This document shows, piece after piece, positions 60,336-64,000 of a stretch of DNA of 64,000 bases. How positions within the stretch are numbered: the first letter of the stretch is position 1; each line of letters starts with the position of its first letter. Position numbers and translations under genes: made by a program. The DNA is taken from positions 682,001 to 746,000 of the forward strand of contig QPGO01000013.1 of assembly GCA_008632985.1 (NCBI GenBank), in the 5' to 3' direction. The notes below the pieces were generated by a model. That model did not search any database and was not told the DNA's origin. It was given only the letters and a program-made list of their open reading frames with translations. The DNA is from Psammoneis japonica. Lineage: Eukaryota.

Positions 60336-63300
60336 ATGGCTTTTTTAGCTATTGCTACTGCCGCTGCAACGCTAGTACTTGGACAGCATGTTTCTGGCTT
60401 TGCTTCGTCAGCGAGCCCTAGTAGTAGAGTTTGGGGGAGAGGAGATGATTGGTTACTGAAAACTCCTCCTCGGGGTGGTGATGCTGCTTCGTCGTCCTTG
60501 TATGCCCATTCTCTGCAAGAACAAGAAACAACAGCTACGCTGATTGAAAATCCAGAGAGCTCCTCAGGGGACTTGATAATCGGAGATCAAGGCACAGTAC
60601 TGTTGGCATCCCACGACGAATTTATTGTTTCAAAGCCAGACAATCGCAAGTACCGAGCGCTGAGACTGGCAAACAATCTAGAGGTATTGCTAGTGTCGTC
60701 ACCGGAAAGCGATGTAGAGGCGGCGGCTGTTCACGTCCAAGCTGGACACATGGATGACCCCGCTCATCGACCCGGGCTGGCACACTTTCACGAGCACATG
60801 TTGTTCTTGGGATGCGAGAAATATCCGTCGGAGAATGAGTACGAAGCATTCCTGTCCAGTCACGGCGGATCATCCAATGCTTATACCGATATGGAGGACA
60901 CAAACTATTATTTCAGCGTCACTCCGCATGCCGATGATGACGAGGAAGACGAGGATAGTAACGGTGACAAGACATCATCTGCATTGTTTGGCGGATTGGA
61001 TCGTCTAGCGCAATTCTTTATTTCTCCTTTGTTTGATGAATCAATGGTGGAGCGAGAGATGCGAGCCATTGATTCTGAGTACCGAAACGGTCTCACCTCT
61101 GACAGTTGGAGAAACTTTCAGCTGTTGAAAAGCTCTGCCAGTCCGGATCACCCCTTTGCCAAGTTTGGTTGTGGAAACTATGCCACCTTGACTAATGAGG
61201 CGGGTGTTGATGGAAGTGAGGCAAATTCTCTCCCTCACCACGACTTGCTAGAGTTTTGGAAGTCGTACTATCAGACCTACAACATGCGACTCGCGGTAGT
61301 TGGCAGATCTAGTTTGGACGCCCTACAAAAGACAGTAGAGGAAACCTTTGGGACTGTTCCCTTTTCTACCGGAGATCCTCGTCGAAAAAAGCTGTTGGAT
61401 ACAATCTCGACTATCTTTCCTGCGGAGAATGCACATTATGGGGTTGAAGCCTTTGGGACCGAGCAACTCAACAAGATGAGAGAGGTAGTACCGCTGACGG
61501 AAAGCCGCGCCATCAAGATTCATTTTGCTGTGCCACCAATGCAGGACCCAGTACTCAAAGAATCCAGACCCCACCGAGCAATTTCGCACTTGCTGGGGCA
61601 CGAGTCCCCGGGGTCTCTACATGCTCTGTTGAATGAAGAAGGACTTTTGATGGGGCTGTCCTCAGGCGTGGGGATTGATACTTCGGACTTTGCTCTCTTT
61701 ACCTTGACACTGAGCTTGACGCCAAAGGGTATGGCCCAAAAGGATTATGTGCTTGATCTTGTCTTTCAGTGGATTTCACTAATTCAAAGCACATCCCCTG
61801 AGATTATGAAATCCTATCACGATGAGCTACGTCAAATATCAGATACAAACTTCATGTTTCGCGAGAATGGGGACCCCACAGACTTTTGCTCGAAAGCTGC
61901 AGAACTCCTCTTTCAGTACAAGCCGTCGGAAATTCTGGTGGGCTCGGCAAAGACTGGCGACTTTGATCCTCAAGTTTCCAAGGCGTTCATGGAGCGACTG
62001 AAGCCCGAAAATGCGCTCATTGTGATTATCGATTCCGATTTGGACAAAGAGGATGAAAACGGAGAGGGCGAATGGCAGTCGGAGAAATGGTACAAAGCTA
62101 AATACCGAGAAAAGAAGATCCCTGAGGCCTTGGCGAACAAGTGGAGATCTCAACAAGTAGACAACAGGTTGCAACTGCCCGCGCTCAACGCGTACATTCC
62201 CACCGATTTTTCCCTTCGCTGCGATGACGAAGAAGAGGCTGCAAAGGCAACGCAGCAAGCATCTGGAAACGGTGAACGGGTACCGCCCAACTTGTTAGAG
62301 ACGCGTCCCGATCTTCGATTGTGGCATAAGCTCGACCGAACGTGGAAAGTTCCGAAAACGGCGATTCGTCTCAGCCTTGCTTCGCCGAACGTTTATCGAT
62401 CACCACGAACCATTACGTTGAATCGGATATACCAACGAGTACTCAACGACGACCTCAACTCCTTTGTTTATGACGCTAGCGTGGCCGGTTGCAACTACGG
62501 GTAAGTGATTCACCGTCATTCAGAATGACGCCACAAAAACTTCCATCTGACTGCTCACAAATTTCTAATTTTTCTTCCAAAACCCACCAGTGTGACTTGT
62601 ACTCCAAATGGATACCGCGTGTCTGTGACAGGTTATTCGGAGAAGCTGCCTTTCCTTCTCGATACTCTCACTTCACGGATGCTAAGCCTTATCCAAGAAA
62701 TGAAAGAAGGGCGTGTCGCTCATCCAGGCATCGCATCCAAATTCGACAAGGCTTGTGAAAATCTGCTGAGAGAGACACAGAACTACAGATTGGATTCGCC
62801 TTACGAAGTGGCAAGCTACAATTCGCGCCTCCTAATGGAAGAGCGTGTGTGGTATCTTGACAATTACATGGCTGAAATGGAAGGCGAGTACGCCGAGCGA
62901 GACCCTCTTACAATGGAGGAATGCGCTTGCGTTGCCGAAGAGAGTCTTCTAGGAAGAGTTCACGTAAGTGCGTCTCATTTCGTCTTTTGGTGCGTTCTGA
63001 TTCGCGAAAACTGAATGTTTCTTATTCTGATCTTTCATGAAAGGCCGATGTGCTATGCATCGGCAATATCAACGAAAAGGGCGCCCGAGAGGTTGCAGAA
63101 GTTGTGGATAGTCACTTCCTACGTCCCTCAAGGCCGCTCCTGGAAGTGGAAACGCCGTACTTTAGGTCTCTAATGCTTCCAACTAAAGCAGAAGCGGCGA
63201 GAATATTTGGACCAGATGTAGCCGACTCCACTATCCCCACAATACAGCAGGAGCTAGCATTCAACGGCTCTGAAGAAAATAACGCGGTAGAAGTCATCAT

Positions 63301-64000
63301 GCAAGTTGGAAGTGATTTAGATCTGGGCTACGAAGGAGTAGCAATTCTGGATCTTATTGCCCACATTGCATACAACTCTGCATTCAATCAGCTTCGCACA
63401 AAAGAACAGCTCGGCTACTTGGTTAGCGTTTTTGCACGAAAGACTGTTGGTTCGTCTTGGGGTTTGAGTGTAGTCGTTCAAAGCAGTGTTGCACTCCCGG
63501 ACAAGCTCGAGGAAAGGATAGAGGCATGGCTCGAAAGTTTTCGCAAGGAACTTGAGGAAACAAGCCCGGAAAGAATTGCCATGGAGGCGGGTGCAGTTGT
63601 TGCTCAGTTAATGGAGCGCGACACGAAACTGTCGCAGGAAATTTCACGAGTATGGGGCGCTATCTTGATGACTGGGTCGATGTCAGGAACCATGAGAGAT
63701 CCTTCATTTGATCGACTCGAACGCTTGTCTGCAGAGTTGACGGTGGACACCAACGGTGCAGGGAGTTCTGTAACCGCAGAGGCATTGAAACAGAAATTGC
63801 TTGATTTCTTTGACAAGCACCTTGCCGCAGATTCGGAGCACCGACGGGCCATGTCCGCCCGAGTTTACAACTCCAAAGCGAAGAAGGAGTTCGAAGCGAA
63901 CTCGGGAAAGCCAGGTGTTCTCTCCAACTACGACGAAATTAGAAATGTCAAGCAATTTTTCCCATCCTGGCCAACCGCACCTTATTGGCGTGGCGACCAG
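60336..64000 (+). CDS. M16A insulinase-family metallopeptidase, probably plastid-targeted; exons 60336-62500, 62591-62963, 63044->64000 (runs off window)
   Basis: GLAHFHEHMLFLG (HxxEH), GGSSNAYT, HPFAKFGCGN, HLLGHESPGSL, FNQLRTKEQLGY; signal peptide ending at SGF; GT-AG introns. Confidence 0.92.

Overview
Eukaryotic nuclear DNA, most likely a pennate diatom (inferred from short GT-AG introns, bipartite signal-peptide + 'GF' presequences, nuclear SmpB and a CoDi-type Copia). The window alternates between two states. Ordinary gene blocks encode two paralogous PLC-X/multi-TM proteins, an MFS-phospholipase D fusion, an SDR, a PI-PLC, ACBP-ankyrin, SmpB, a LURP-one-like protein, COG7, SYF2, TRAPPC12 and an M16A peptidase. 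Five repeat-derived blocks (~1-1440, ~11550-20085, ~20540-24240, ~43150-50430, ~57140-60240) have almost no TpA dinucleotide and are largely depleted of CpG. A full-length Copia (12816-19698; LTRs, PBS, PPT, TTTTT TSD) shows the direction of change: conserved Tyr codons became His or Cys (TA->CA/TG) and Arg codons became His/Cys/Gln/Trp (CG->CA/TG). The two LTRs carry reciprocal TG vs CA at the same sites. This suggests a repeat-targeted TpA (A:T->G:C) hypermutation process, opposite in direction to fungal RIP, and it is the main candidate novel system. Several host genes carry single-base frameshifts that are probably assembly errors. All calls were made by eye; no searches or counts were run.
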